Positions 23,633 to 37,313 of a DNA stretch of 64,000 nucleotides are shown here, one piece after another. The notes under the pieces are model-generated. The model was not told the DNA's origin and searched no databases. It saw nothing but the letters and a program-made list of their open reading frames with translations. Made by a program: the position numbers and the translations under genes. The DNA is taken from contig JBNRSN020000008.1 in the NCBI GenBank assembly GCA_051313645.2, forward strand, positions 116,560,001 to 116,624,000. The letters run 5' to 3'. This stretch comes from Centroscyllium fabricii. Its lineage: Eukaryota. Position 1 is the first letter of the stretch; each line of letters begins with the position of its first letter.

Positions 23633-23899
23633 GTAATTCAATCATACTTTCTTCCTCGTGCATTGCATTGCAAATGTCATTTATCAAGCTGCTAACTGTG
23701 GATTGTTTTTATTGCTTTAATAACTTCATCCAAAACAGTTAAATAAGAACAAGCAGTAATTATAATACTTAGCTAAAGCTGGTTAAGTCATGTTACCTAA
23801 TTAAATTAATCAGTTCAGGAATGTGTGAAGAATGTAATGCCAGCTTGAGGTCTTTTGCAATTGGAAGATATTGTTTGCTGATTGCCTCTTTCTTTACAG

Positions 23900-23964
23900 A
23901 CATGACATTTACCCACGAAGGCAACAAAACATATGTTGAAGGTCTTGTCAATTTTGAAAAAATG
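23900..23964 (+). CDS. RAPGEF4: RAPGEF4 exon
   Basis: AG|(D)MTFTHEGNKTYVEGLVNFEKM|GTAAG. Confidence 0.95.
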
Positions 23965-24597
23965 GTAAGCTTCAAAACATGTGGTTTTAGGGGAAGCATA
24001 GAGCAGAATTTCCACTTTCACTTGAATTATTGATCTGTTTTCACCCTTTCAGCCTTTCAGAGATTATGGTAGCATTATTTTTTGCTGCCGTCTTTAGTGT
24101 TTCAGCTTTAACATTATTTAGAAAATACAGTTGATAATATGTTCTTTCATTCTTTAAGCGGAAAATATCAAACCTGTTCCGTTTCTAATATTGTAGCTTA
24201 TATATTAATTGCTATACTTGTTTTTACCTTCTGCTGTAGATAACGTTACAAGCAACATTAACAGCAGAAATTAGAAGGTTATGCTTAGCGGGTTAAAGGA
24301 AGAGGGATGGGAGGAGGCTCTTGTGGAGCTTAAACACTGGCATGGGCCAGTTGATCTGATCTGAATTGTATATTCTGAATAATTCTATGTAATGAGTTAA
24401 GTGAGAAATCAGTTCCAAGACTTGTTGATCAAGTTAGATATACATATGCAATGTCTATTAGAAAGAAATCTATTTTGAACTCACTTTGTTATACTCCCTA
24501 TTACCAGTTTTCAGAGAATTGTCCATATTTTCCAATGTAGATAAAATTCAGCATTTAAGGTTGTGAATTTACCCTCCTCCCTCACCACTCTTTTCAG

Positions 24598-25267
24598 GGT
24601 AGTGCATAACTAAGACTGTCTACTTCCACCTCCGTAACATCACCCATCTCCACCCCTGCCTCAGCTCATCATCTGCTGAAACCCTCATCCATGCCTTTGT
24701 TACCTCCAGACTTGATTATTCCAACACACACCTGGCTGGCCTCCACGCTTTACCCTACATAAGCTTGAGGTCATCCAAAACTCGGCTGCCCGTGTGCTAA
24801 CTCGCAGCAAGTCCCATTCACCCATCACCCTGTGCTCGCTGACCTACATTAGCTCCCGGTTAAGCAACGCCTCGATTTAAAAATTCTCATCCTTGTTTTC
24901 AAATCCCTCCATGACCTCGCCCCTTCCTATCTCTGCAATCTCCTCCAGCCCCACAACTCCCCGAGATATCTATGCTCTTCTAATTCTGCCCTCTTGAGCA
25001 TCCCTGATTATAATCGCTCAACCATTGGGGGCCATGCCTTCAGCTGCCTAGATCCTAAGCTCTGGAATTCCCTCTCTAAACCTCTCTGCCTCTCTTTCCT
25101 CCTTTAAGATGCTCCTTAAAACTTACCCCTTTGACCAAGCTTTTGGTCATCTGTCCCAATTTCTCCTTGTGTGACTCGATGTCAAATTTTTGTCTTATAA
25201 TATTTCTGTGAAGCGACTTGTGATGTTTTACTATGTTAAAGATGCTATATAAATACAAGTTGTTGTT
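24598..25267 (+). mobile_element. L2 LINE 3' fragment
   Basis: FHLRNI..ETLIHAFVTSRLDYSN..; tail ATGCTATATAAATACAAGTTGTTGTTG. Confidence 0.8.
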
Positions 25268-25572
25268 GACTCATGTTCACTTCAATTCCAAAGACACTAG
25301 CAGCTCTCCAGTACTGTGCGATCAGAAGCAAGAACCCTTCCTTATTTTCTGCACCCTCCCCCTTCCTTTTTCCTCCTCCCCCACCCCAGTCCAAAGCCCT
25401 GGGAGATTGAGGGAAATTAATCATTAATACAGCAGTTTAGACCTCAAATCTTTCCAGTCTACATGGCTTAAGACTATATCATGGAAGGCTATGTTTTAAT
25501 TAAAAACTCAATTTATGTGTGGAAAAACATATGTGTAATGTTTCATTAAAGTTTAAAATTCACTGAACAAAT

Positions 25573-26936
25573 GGGCTAGAAATTCGGCTCCGTAGTGCTA
25601 GATTTTTTGGCGCTACAGGTGCCGTTTTGTGTCAAATGACGTCCACGTTGTGCACGCACACTTCTGGTGCGGGCCACACCGGATATCATTTTGGAGAGGG
25701 CCGTAGGGTAGGCATTATGAGTGCATGCTGGAAGTATGTAGAGTAGTCAGATAGTGATGTCAATCAACGCGCAACGCTGATTTGACGCAAGCGCTGCCAT
25801 TTTCGTCCTCAACGATGAAGCTTAACCTTGCACAGCTGAACATGCATTCAGCAGCTGCAAGGACCGCTCACCAGCGTTATTTAAAGGGATCATCAAACAC
25901 TTTCAGGTTAGTTGTTGACTTTTTTATTCGTTCCTGGGATGCAGGCATCATTGGAATGCTAGAATTTATTGTCTATCCCTAATTACCCATGAGAAGGTGG
26001 TGGTGAGCCGCTGCCTTGAACCGCTGCAGTCCTTGTAGTGAAAGTAGTCCCATGGTGCTTTTTGGGAGTGAGTTTCAGGATTTTGATCCAGCGATAATGA
26101 AGGAATGGTGATATATTTCCAAGTCAGGATGGTGTGTGACTTGAAGGAAACTTTGAGGTGATGGTGTTCCCAGGCACCTGCTGCCCTTGCCCTTCTAGGT
26201 GGTAGAGATCACAGATTTGGGAGGTGCTGTCAAAAGAAGCCTTGGCAAGTTGCTGCAGTGCATCTATATATTAATAACTTGGATGAAGGAATAGACTGTT
26301 GCATATCCAAGTATGTTGAAGATTTCTACTGGATCTGTGTAAGTTTGTAGAAGTGTGATGTGCTTTCCAGAGTTGTTTAAAGTTACTGGGGTGCGAGGGA
26401 GTGGTGCTGCAAGTGCAGAAGGCCTTGGTTCTGACTTCAAGGGTTCTGGTCAGAACACTTCCTCCCAGTCATGGGTGCTGTATTCTATCCCCCTTGGCCT
26501 GCAGCATGATAGGGAGATGGAGCAGAGGCAGCAAAGAAGAGGACAAGCTGCTCGTAGAGGAGGGGGAAGGGAGGAGGCAATCAGCACATCCTGTCTCCGG
26601 CCAGGCTGTCAGTGATTGCTTCATTCAACTAAGGTTCCACTGAACACAAGCCCAAATCCCCATTGTATTTCCTGCTCAGATTCTGTTCCCCAGCCAGTTG
26701 AATCACCTGCTGCAGCCAGAATGCACCTCCCCGTTAAGAGGTGCAGACTGCCTTAGAGAAGTGCAGGCTAGCTTTAATTTGTACTTGCCTCGCACAAACT
26801 TGGGCCCCCTGCTGAGAATGCAGCCACTCAGCAGTGCATTCAGCGCTGGGCTGCATGTCACAATCATGTTAATCACTTTGAACAGGTCTGGGGTGATCCC
26901 TGCGCCTGTTTTCGGGGGCAATCACATTTCTAACCG
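25573..26936. mobile_element. Degenerate Harbinger-type non-autonomous element with a nested LINE 3' fragment (~25920-26262)
   Basis: GGGCTAGAAATT start and CATTTCTAACC end form a weak TIR. Confidence 0.4.
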
Positions 26937-27222
26937 ATCGTTTCCCTAAATTGCAGCCTGTTTCACTCTATGCTGGTGCTCACTTTATATCATGGTATTT
27001 CTGAATTACAGCACATTGTCTCACACTTGATATATATTTGGCAGTCTAAATTTGGAAAGATGTTGAGTAAGTATAGGATTCATACCAATATTAAGCACAC
27101 ATGGATTCCAAATTTTCATTGTTTTAAGGGATGAGCATCAATAGGCCCACTGACTTGATTTTTAATAAGATTTTTATGTTTTAGTAGTTCAGTTGACTTT
27201 AACTTTTTTATTTTTGTTTCAG

Positions 27223-27277
27223 CATATGATTGGCAACACAGTAAGGACAGCCAGACACTGCAGAAGTCAGCCTTTCA
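27223..27277 (+). CDS. RAPGEF4: RAPGEF4 penultimate exon
   Basis: AG|HMIGNTVRTARHCRSQPF-A|GTAAGT. Confidence 0.93.
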
Positions 27278-27969
27278 GTAAGTCAGTAATATGTGAATAT
27301 GAACTGAATGCCAGGTTTTTCTGAGCTTAATATCCCTACTCTCTGATTTGTCACTCCTATTTGAACTTGTGTCAGGGGACTCTCTGGGCAATCTAGATCC
27401 AAACTCGTCACAATCATATTAACGATATATAGAAATGTTACTGAAACTGTTTACATTCAAGTTGGTGGTGGCCAATAAACTTAATCCACAGATGCATCAA
27501 TGGATCCGGAATGCATTTTGTGAAGAGGACAGGCTACTGTTGCTAAGTTCCCGAGTGACTTTAGAAGTTAATTTCACAGTAATCATACAACTCAGCAGGG
27601 ACAAATGAACCCAAGTGGAAACAGCACAAAAAACCTTGGTTGATTTCTACTTTGAACTTAAGATTAACTTGTTAATCCAGTCTGTACATACAAAACATGA
27701 TTGTGTTGATGATAGGTACCTTACAATCTTGCTATCTTTCCATTGAATTCTCATCTATGATTCAGCAAATAAATGCTTTATCCCTTCCACTATATCATTA
27801 GTGTGGCCTAATGACTCGTGTGAACCATACCAAGTTATGATTCCTGCATTTCTCCAATTTTCTAAGTGTTCTAAATAAAATATGATTTGGCCCAGTTAGG
27901 AATTAATGAGTTTTAGCACTTCTATTAAAATATTCAGCTTCTTATTTAAATGTTTTGCTGTATACTTTT

Positions 27970-29537
27970 ATAGAAACATAGAAGATAGGAGCAGGAGTAG
28001 GCCATTCGGCCCCTCGAGCCTGCTCCGCCATTCAATGCGATCATGGCTAATCATTCAATTTCAGTACCATGCCCCTGCTTTCTCCCCATATCCCTTGATC
28101 CCTTTAACCTTAAGAAATATATCCAACTCTTTCTTTAATATATTTAATGACTGGCCTCTACTGCCTTCTGTGGTAGAGAATTCCACAGGTTCGCCACTCT
28201 CTGGGTGAAGAAATTCCTCCTCAGCTCTGTCCTAAATGGCTTACCCCTTATCCTTCGACTGTGACCCCTGGTTCTGGACTCCTCCACCATCGGGAACATC
28301 CTTCCTGTCCTGTTAGAATTTTATAATTTCAATGAGATCCCTTCTCATTCTTCTAAACTCCAGCGAGTACAAGCCCAATCGACCCAATCTCCTCATATGT
28401 CATTTGTGCCATCCCAGGTATCAGCCTGGTGACTCTTCACTGCACTCCTTCCATGGCAAGAACATCCTTCCTTAGATAAAGTGACCAAAACTGTACGCAA
28501 TACTCAAGATGTGGTCTCACCAAGGCCCTGTACAACTGCAGCAAGACATCCTTGTTCCTGTACGCAAACCCTCTCGCTACAAAGGCCAACATAACATTTG
28601 CCTTCTTAACCGCCTGCTGCACCTGCATGCTTACCTTCAGCGACTGGTGCACAAGGATGCCCAGGTCTCGTTGCACTTCCCCTTCTCCCAATCTATTGCC
28701 ATTCAGATAATACTCTGCCGCCTTGTTTTTGACACCAAAGTGGATAACCTCGCATTTATCCACGTTATATTGCATCTGCCATGCTTCTACCCAATCACCC
28801 AACCTGTCCAAATCAGACTGGAGTTTCTCGGCATCCTCCTCACAGCACACACGCCCACCCAGCTTTGTGTCGTCTGCAAACCTGGAGATATTACATCTAG
28901 TTCCCTCGTCTAGATCATTAATATATATTGTGAATAGCTGGGGTCCAAGGACCATTCCTTGCGGTACCCCACTAGTCACTGCCTGCCATGCGGAAAAAGA
29001 CCCGTTTATTCCAACTCTGCTTTCTGTCTGCCAACCAGTTCTCTATCCATATCAATACCTTGCACCCAATCCCATGTGCCTTACTTTTACACGCTAATCT
29101 CTTATGCGGGACCTTATCGAAAGCCTTTTGAAAGTCCAAGTACACCACATCCACTGGTTCTCCCTTATCTATTTTACCAGTTACATCCTCAAAAAATTCC
29201 AGTAGATTAGTCAAGCACGATTTACCCTTTGTAAGTCCATGTTGACTTTGTCCAATCCGGTCACTATTTTCCAAGTACTCTGCTATTACATCTTTTATAA
29301 TGGACTCTAGCATTTTCCCCACTACCGATGTCAGGCTTACCGGTCTGTAATCCCCCGTTTTCTCTCTACCACCTTTTTTGAACAGTGGGGTAACATTAGC
29401 TACCCTCCAATCCATGGGTACTGTTCCAGAGTCTATCGAATTTTGGAAGATGACCAGTAATGCATCCACTCTTTCTAGGGCCACTTCTTAAATACCCTAG
29501 GATGGAGATTATCAGGCCCTGGGGATTTATCGGCCTC
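27970..29537 (-). mobile_element. CR1 LINE RT, 5'-truncated
   Basis: [36 protein letters not shown]1 tail. Confidence 0.9.
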
Positions 29538-30287
29538 ATTTGAATACTTTTGGCAAGCTGTCATTGCTCAATGAGCACTGACGAGCAGCTCACAGTTCGG
29601 AGGTGGTATGGCGGGCGGCGGGCGGGGCGGGCGGCGGGTGCTACTCCATGGAGCTAAGCTGAAAGTAAGCATTTAAATGAGAGAGGGCTCCTCAGAAATC
29701 AAGTGCAGAAAGGAAAACCAAAGTTGCATCAGGAACAAACCACATTGGACCTCAATTTAACTATTTTAATAAGGCTCCCGCCTGTTCCGGGTGGGAGTGC
29801 TGGCCAGCCATTTTGAGGTGACCTTGAAAATTGAGTGGGGTGGCCTCAGACAGCCAGCGAGCAGTACTTTTTTGAAATAGATTTTCTGCCAACCGCTTCA
29901 TTTTTCAGCTTGAATGTGATGGTAGGCAGCTGAAAATCACCCCCAGTAGATCAGTGCCATGCTACTGTATTCATCTCCTTCACTGTGGCATGGAAATACT
30001 GCATCAGCCACTTGAAGAGAAGCAAAGATAATGTGTGTGTGCTGCTAATAGTACAAGTACTATTCAGTGCACAGTAAAAGGGATCAAAAATCTTAGCTCA
30101 ATATCTTCAGGATCACAGGAATAGATGGGACTGGAAAAGCCTATTGCTGTCCATCCAGCCAGTCCCAAGTTTAAAATGATCATATTGTACTCTCTTATAC
30201 CCCTTCAATCACGTCATTCATAAAAAAGCTAACCTGCTTCTTCTTGAATTTGTTCACACCATCTGCTAATCTTTTTGAATAAAGGCC

Positions 30288-30324
30288 AGTTCTGACGAAA
30301 GGTCTTCGACCTGAAACGTTAACT
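30288..30324 (+). ncRNA. Minimal hammerhead ribozyme motif (Penelope-derived fragment 30285-30385)
   Basis: AGUU-CUGACGA-A-AGGUC uuc GACCU-GAAA-CGUU-AACU. Confidence 0.65.
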
Positions 30325-30444
30325 CTGTTTCTCTCTCCACGGATACTGCCTGGCCTGCTGAGTTTTTCCAGCGTTTTCTGTTGTTGCTCAAATCTAAATT
30401 TGGTTTTGTAATTCTTTCAGCTAACAATATTTCTCTTTCATCAG

Positions 30445-30572
30445 ATCCAGATTCATCACTCGCAAACAAGAACCATCAGGATGTGCGTGCATATGTGCGC
30501 CAGCTTAATGTAATTGACAATCAGAGGACTTTATTACAACTGTCTCACAGATTGGAGCCACGCCGATCCTAA
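30445..30572 (+). CDS. RAPGEF4: RAPGEF4 last coding exon
   Basis: AG|(N)[41 protein letters not shown], matching the Epac2 C-terminus. Confidence 0.96.
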
Positions 30573-32005
30573 TAACAGTTATTGTCCACTATTGCACTGC
30601 CATAAAAGAAACTATTTATTGTATTTCAGCACAATGGGCATTCTGTGGTTTATAGTACAGGGTATTAACAATAATTATTTTGAAACTGGACAGTATTGTA
30701 ACTGCCTTCGTTCCAGAGGAAGACCATTCTGAATTGGAATCAACTTTAGCCCCTGTTACAGCTACCATAACTGCCTCTTCCAGGATTTTGAAATTCATAC
30801 TGTGTTTCAGAAAGACCACAATATCCACTACACCTTATTGGGTGATTGAGAGAAGAAAGTAGGGTTTTCTATTTTCCCGATTCTAATGCGTACAATGCAG
30901 AAGAATTTGTGCCAGAGTTGCCCTATATGTACTTAAGCACACTGATGAGATGGTCGTCTAATAGGAAACAATTTACATTTGTTAAGATTCTATAAGCAGA
31001 TTCTTTTGTTTTAAGATGGTATGGGCACAAAATATTTGCTATTTTTACTGATTGATTCTTCTAAAAAGTATTTCTAAACTTTCCACATTAAACTTAAACT
31101 GGGAAAATAGCACAAACTGCACAAGGTAAAATTGATGAAGTATTCCAGCAATTCATACAACTTTTTTTTTGTTTTCAATATTCTCAGTAAGCTTTTGTCC
31201 TTTCATCTATCTACATGAATTTTAATTGTGACTGAATTTAGGCATTTTCTGTTTGCTTAGAAGGCACTTCATTCAAAATGTTAGTTGCTCTAAGCAGCTC
31301 TCAACAGCATGGAGCCTGCTGTTCTTGTCAGTACCACACTACTTTAATTAAGCACCGCACAGCTAACTAATCTTGAGCGCCCCACTGACACCAGACTTTT
31401 ATTCTTCATAGAATGTTTTGTAACTTGTACTTTTTTTAAAGAATGAATTTCAAATAAGCAAAATGTAATTTAGAAGCTGCAATATATGTGCTCAAAACAC
31501 ACCAGATTTATTTTCTGAAATTTCAATCGCTTTCTCCCCCCATCGCAAGGAAACCACATTCCCAGGCACCTGAAAATATTACTAAATATCAAGTTGTTGT
31601 GACAGCACCACACACTGCTTCAGAAATCTGTGGGAAACCCTGAATGTTGATTATTTGTTTTAGCACTATTAAGCAAGTGTAAATAGTAAAAAAAAAACAC
31701 GCTTGCGTAATGCATTTGTCAATGACGGTTCTATAATGGATACTGTGCCAAAAGTATTGCTTAATTTATTTATTTCATTTTAATAATTTAATGTATGTTT
31801 AAATGTTGGTCTGCAACCTATTATATTACATTGCATTTTTGCTGTAGAAGTTTTCACTCCCTTGTATTCATTGTCTAAAAATAACGTCATTAAATATACA
31901 GTAATTAAATGTCTCTAATGTTAGCACAAATAAAGCAAAAGTTGCATTGTACAGAGTATGCTGTGTTGCCCCAAGTAAATAAAAGCTAAGCTGTTTCTAC
32001 AAAAT
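30573..32005 (+). other. RAPGEF4: RAPGEF4 3'UTR; poly(A) signals AATAAA at 31929 and 31978; ARE nonamer at 31766-31774
   Basis: AT-rich, repeat-free stretch after the stop codon; the 3' end is inferred. Confidence 0.6.
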
Positions 32006-32269
32006 GTAGCTGCTATATCTGGTTTTCCTGTAAACTGGTACTAAGCAGTTGCCCTTCCATTTCATCAACATAGATTAGAATTTTAATTCAATTGAATTCT
32101 ATTATCTAGTGTACAATATGGCTGATTTTCCTGTCCTGAATGCATTGTATTTCACCAATGCAGAGAAAAATGGGGCAAAGAGGTGTAATGTGGGCTCTTT
32201 GCCTCTTTTGCATATTATGCATATTTTTGGCAGTCCAAGCAAACCAGAAACAGGTGGGAGCTTCATTAT

Positions 32270-32674
32270 AGAAACATAGAAACATAGAAGATAGGAGCAG
32301 GAGTAGGCCATTCGGCCCCTCGAGCCTGCTCCGCCATTCAATGAGATCATGGCTGATCATCCAAACCCAGTACCCTGTCCCTGCCCTCTCCCCATATCCC
32401 TCGATCCCTATCGAGCCTGCACTGACACATATCCCACCCTATCCCCGTAACCCCACATATTCAATCCCCCTAACACTAAGGATCAATTTATCATGGCCAA
32501 TCAACCTAACCCGCACATCTTTGGACTGTGGGAGGAAACCGGAGCACCCGGAGGAAACCCACGCAGACACGGGGAGAATGTGCAAACTCCACACAGATAG
32601 TACCCGAGGCCGGATTTGAAGCCGGGTCTCCAGTGCTGTGAGACAACAGTGCTAACCACTGTGCCACCGTGCCG
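32270..32674 (-). mobile_element. tRNA SINE (HE1/V-SINE-like), full length
   Basis: Inverted homolog of 6624-6998. Confidence 0.85.
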
Positions 32675-32987
32675 TGTGTAATTATGATATGAAAATTACA
32701 CAGTAGCACCAAGAACTCCCATATAAATGGGCATCCTGAATTCCTAGGTTTTGTGTAATACCCAGAAGTTTAAAGGACCAAAACAATTAATGCAGCTGTT
32801 TTGAGATGGTTACTTTCTCATTTATCCTATTTTTTTCTCTTTCCTGGCAGTGATAAGTACTGGTTAGCAGTGGCCTCAACCTGCCTCCAGTTCCATTCAA
32901 GCGTGCTAAAATACAGACTAATGGAGATGGTGTGGAGTGAGGTAGAGCCGATGCTCCTCACAACTCCCTCCTGCAACATCGCTACTT

Positions 32988-34960
32988 CAACAACAACTTG
33001 TATTTATATAGTACCTTTAAAGTAGTAAAACGTCACAAGACGCTTCACAGGAGTGTTACAAGACAAAGTTGACACCGAGTCACGTGAGAAATTAGAGCAG
33101 GTGACCAAAAGCTTGGTAAAGAGGTAGATTTTAAGGAGCGTCTTAAATGAGGAAAGAGAGGCGGAGAGGTTTAGGCAGGGAATTCCAGAGCTTGGGGCCT
33201 AGGCAGCTAAAGGTACGGCCACCAATGGTTGAGTGACTAAAATCAGGGATGCTCAAGAAGAAGAAAAACAAAAGACTTGCATTTATATAGTGCCTTTCAT
33301 GACCACCAGACCTCTCAAAGTGCTTTACAGCCAACTAAGTACTTTTTGAAGTGGAGTCACTGTTGTAATGTGGGAAACGCGGCAGCCAATTTGCGCACAG
33401 CAAGCGCTCTCAAACAGCAATGTGATAATGACCAGATAATCTCATTCTGTTATGCTGGTTGAGGGATAAATATTGGCCAGGACACTGGGGATAACTCCCT
33501 TTCTCTTCTTCGAAATAGTGCCATGGGATCTTTTCCGTTCACCTGAGAGAGCAGACGGGGCCTCGGTTTAACACCTCATCCGAAAGACGGCAGCTCCAAC
33601 AGTACAGCACTCCCTCAGCGCTGTACTGGAGTGTCAGCCTAACTTCTATGTGCTCAAATCCCTAGAGTGGGACTTGAACCCACAACCTTCTGACTCAGAG
33701 GCAGGTGTGCTACCAACTGAGCCAGAGCTGACACAAGGGCAGAATTAGGAGGGCAGATACCTTGAGGTTGTGGAGCTGGAGGAGTTTAGAGATGGGGAGG
33801 GGCGAGGCCATGGAGGGATTTGAAAACAAGGTGTTGCTTAACCGGGAGTCAATGCAGGTCAGCGAGCACAGGGGTGATGGGTTAACGGGACTTGGTGCGA
33901 GTTAGGACACGGGCAGCCGAGTTTTCGATTACTTCAAATTTACATAGGGTAGAACATGGGAGGCTAGCCAGGGGTGCATTGGAATAGTCAAGTCTGGAGG
34001 TAACAAACGCATGGATGAGGGTTTCAGCAGCAGATGAGCTGAGGCGCGTGGCGGAGGTGGTAGTTATGGCATGGATATGTGGTCAGTAGCTCATTTCAGG
34101 GTCAAATATGACACCAAGGTTGCGAACAGTCTGGTTCAGCTTCGGACAGAAGTTGGAGAGGGATAGAGTCGGTGGCTAGGGAACAGAGTTTGTGGCGGGG
34201 CCAAAGACAATGGCTTCGGTCTTCCCAATATTTAATTGGAGAAAATCCCTGCTCATCCAGTAATGGATGTCGGACAAGCAGTATGACAATTTAGAGACCG
34301 TGGTGGGATCGAGAGAAATGGTGAGGTGGTCATCAGCGTACATGTGGAAACTGACGCTGTGTTTTCGGATGATGTCGCCGAGGGGCAGCATGTAGATGAG
34401 AAATAGGAGGGGACCAAGGATAGATCCCTGGGGATTCCAGAGGTAACTATGTGGGTGTGGAAAGAGATGCCATTGCAGGTGATTCTCTGGCTACAATTAG
34501 GCAAGTGCAGTCCCACCCAGCTGGACGACAGTGAAGAGGCGTTGGAGAAGAATGGAGTGGTCAACTGTGTCAAAGGCTGCAGACAGTTCGAGGAGGGATA
34601 GTTTACCTTTGTCACAGTCGCAAAGGATGTCTTTTGTGACTTTCATGAGAGCCGTTTTGGTGTTGTGGCAGGGGCAAAAACCTGATTGGAGGGATTCAAA
34701 CATGAGTTCCTGGAAAGATGGGCACGGATTTGGGAGGTGACAACACGTTCAAGGACTTGAGGGGAAAGGGAGGTTGGAGATGGGATGGTAGTTTGCAAGG
34801 ATGGAGGGGGGGTCAAGGTTTTTTTTTGAGGGATGATGACGGCAGATTTGAAGGAGAGGGGGACAGTACAGGAGGAGAGAGAACCGTTAACAATGTCAGC
34901 TAACATGGGAACTAGGAAAGTTGGTTGGGTGGTCAGCAGTTTAGTGAAATAGGGTCGAAG
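32988..34960 (-). mobile_element. L2 LINE RT, degenerate
   Basis: [40 protein letters not shown]. Confidence 0.85.
33275..33735 (-). mobile_element. tRNA-headed SINE with L2-type tail (DeuSINE/SacSINE1-like), nested in L2
   Basis: Minus-strand GGCTCAGTTGG A box and GGTTCAAGTCC B box; homolog at 53718-54165. Confidence 0.75.
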
Positions 34961-36363
34961 GGACAGGAAGTAGCCATCAAACAGGGGGTTAGGTGCTGGG
35001 CTGCTCCATCACTTGTCTGCAGATTCACACCTGTTCATGGGGATTGTTTTTCATCTGTGACTTCTTAATCCCAATCTCTTCTTGGCAAAATGTGCTAATG
35101 GGCTAATAGACCTTTTGACCTTTCTAAAGGTTTTCTCTTTATTTCCCCCTCACCGCACTCCCCCCCCCCCCCCCCCGATCCTTATTGTGACAGTTCCCTT
35201 TAATTGTCCAGTCGCCTTAAATTTCATTTACACAATTACCCACTCTTAGCAAAAAGTGCTCCATACACCTGCCTGGATTTGTGAATAATTATGCAAATAG
35301 ACTGACTCAGGAAATATAAGTGATATTAACTCATCAGGAACTCTTACCAGTTCTTAACTATTTAGACATGGTTTGCATCAGTGGATGAAAAACAGCCCAA
35401 TATTTCAAAAAAAATAATCATTTTCTTCCCACCAGATTAGACTACTCCTATCTTCTATGATTCTATGATATGATCTGTTTAATAAACCACCAGTCTGCAC
35501 AGTTAGCTGCAGCATCCGCCTTCTGACTGATGAAAAATAAGTTTTAAACTAAATGCAGAAAGAAATGTTTTTCCAAAATTTGACTCTCCTGCATATGCTA
35601 GTAGGTGTTCACTGAAGACTGCCTTTCACCAGCAAGGTCTTGGTGTTCAAGTTAGCTGTTTTGTCTTCTTAAATCTAATAAGCAACATTTGAATAGAATG
35701 CTTTCCAGCCATCCTTTTTAGGGGGGCTATTTGTCTCCAGTTCCAATTTGGTTGTATCCTGTTATTGCCCTCCACATTTTACAATTTTAAAATCCTTCAT
35801 TTTGTTTAAATGTATTTTCTCCTTACAACTTGTGTCCTGTGGTACATGAGGAAAGTAACCTGGGGTGTTCCTAGGCCTCTGCAGATGTTGTTGAGCTGAC
35901 ATGTAGGAGTTGTCTGAGAGTTCTCAGTTGATTTACGCACTAATTTTATCTTCCTGTCTTAGGGAAAACACTAACCATATATTTGGTTCTCCTCTTCTTC
36001 AACCATGGCATGGTCAAGATCAGGAGGAGCTCACTGAGTTTTCATTATTATTTACTTCTCAATGACACAGAATGTAGGTGCGGACTCTGCAACCTGTCCA
36101 GGATTAGAAACCTGTGCGGGGGAGTTGATTCTATATTCTGTCCTCCATAAAGATTAGTACACTAAAATGTTTTCTTTGGTCATATAGAATCAAGCATAAT
36201 TAACCCAGTTATGGGAATTTAAAAGATTTCAATTTTGCATAGCTATGAATTTTCACAAAATAATCAACACTTGCAACATTGCCCCAGTACACTGACTATG
36301 CTATAGGATTAAATGTTAACTAAAACAGTCCTGCTGCAAGCTGACTGAGCACAACTACACAAT

Positions 36364-37168
36364 GGGCCAGAATTTCCTGTGCTCCAGAGCTGCTGCACAC
36401 TCACGGAGGGGGGTCCGAAATGCCCCGTTGGTGTGCAGCACGGGTGATGCCCACGAACGGGAATTTCCTCTCCTGATGGGCAAGGCCCGTCAGCATGTAC
36501 CGCATGAAGAACTTGCACTGACGATTTCCTGTCAGAACGGGTGAAAATGCGTGCGTCATCACGTGGGCAAGTCGCTAAGGAGCTGCACATCTGAGAAGCA
36601 GTCGTAGCTTGGTGCTGTGGTGCGTTGAGAACGGGAAAAGCACTCTCATAGCGTTAAAAGGTAAGTTATTTGTTGATGTGTGTGTGTGGTGTTTCAACTG
36701 TTAAATTTAAGTGATTCTGATCTTTTTTGGGGGTTTTGAGCTGTTTTGCTGCCTTTTCTTTTTTAAACACCGTTTTTTGATTCCTAATGTAAAAATTAAC
36801 TAGCTGCTGTCTTCTCAGATAAGTTAAAAGTGCTTTTCCAAAGTTATAAAAATTATCACAGAAAACGATGAAAAGTAAGCATTCTTACCTAGAGATCTCC
36901 TTTTCAGCTGCTGAGCCTTTCCTTCGTTCAGCAAGATTTGTGCGTTCTGTGGGGGCGTGTTCACAGAAATCAGACCTCAGTGGGCGGGGCTTGGTGATAG
37001 CCCACGCAGCACGCTCTACGCAGCAAGACAGGCTACATCGCTACGCAGCCCATGAAGCTGCCAAATCGGACAGGAAATTTTCGGTAAAAAAAAAAATTAC
37101 GTGCGCGTGCGTCACGGGTGTGCAGGAGCGCTCACCCACACGAAACGGAGCACAGGAAAACCTGGCCC
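36364..37168. mobile_element. Harbinger-type MITE
   Basis: 22-bp TIR GGGCCAGAATTTCCTGTGCTCC (2 mismatches); 3-bp TSD AAT; CpG-rich subterminal regions. Confidence 0.85.
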
Positions 37169-37276
37169 AATAGTGTTATGATAGCAAAATATTGCGGATG
37201 CTGGAAATCCGAAATAACAACAGAAAACGCTGGAAAAACTCAGCAGGCCAGGCAGCATCGGTGGAGAGAGAAACAG

Positions 37277-37313
37277 AGTTGACGTTTCAGGTCGATGACC
37301 TCTCTTCAGAACT
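37277..37313 (-). ncRNA. Minimal hammerhead ribozyme motif in a Penelope-derived repeat (37183-37400)
   Basis: Minus strand AGUU-CUGAAGA-G-AGGUC auc GACCU-GAAA-CGUC-AACU, with a canonical GUC triplet. Confidence 0.7.

Noticed and set aside
36364-37168. CpG-rich patch with a GTAAGT donor as a separate gene promoter
   Set aside because: Bounded by 22-bp TIRs and an AAT TSD, so it is a Harbinger-type MITE.
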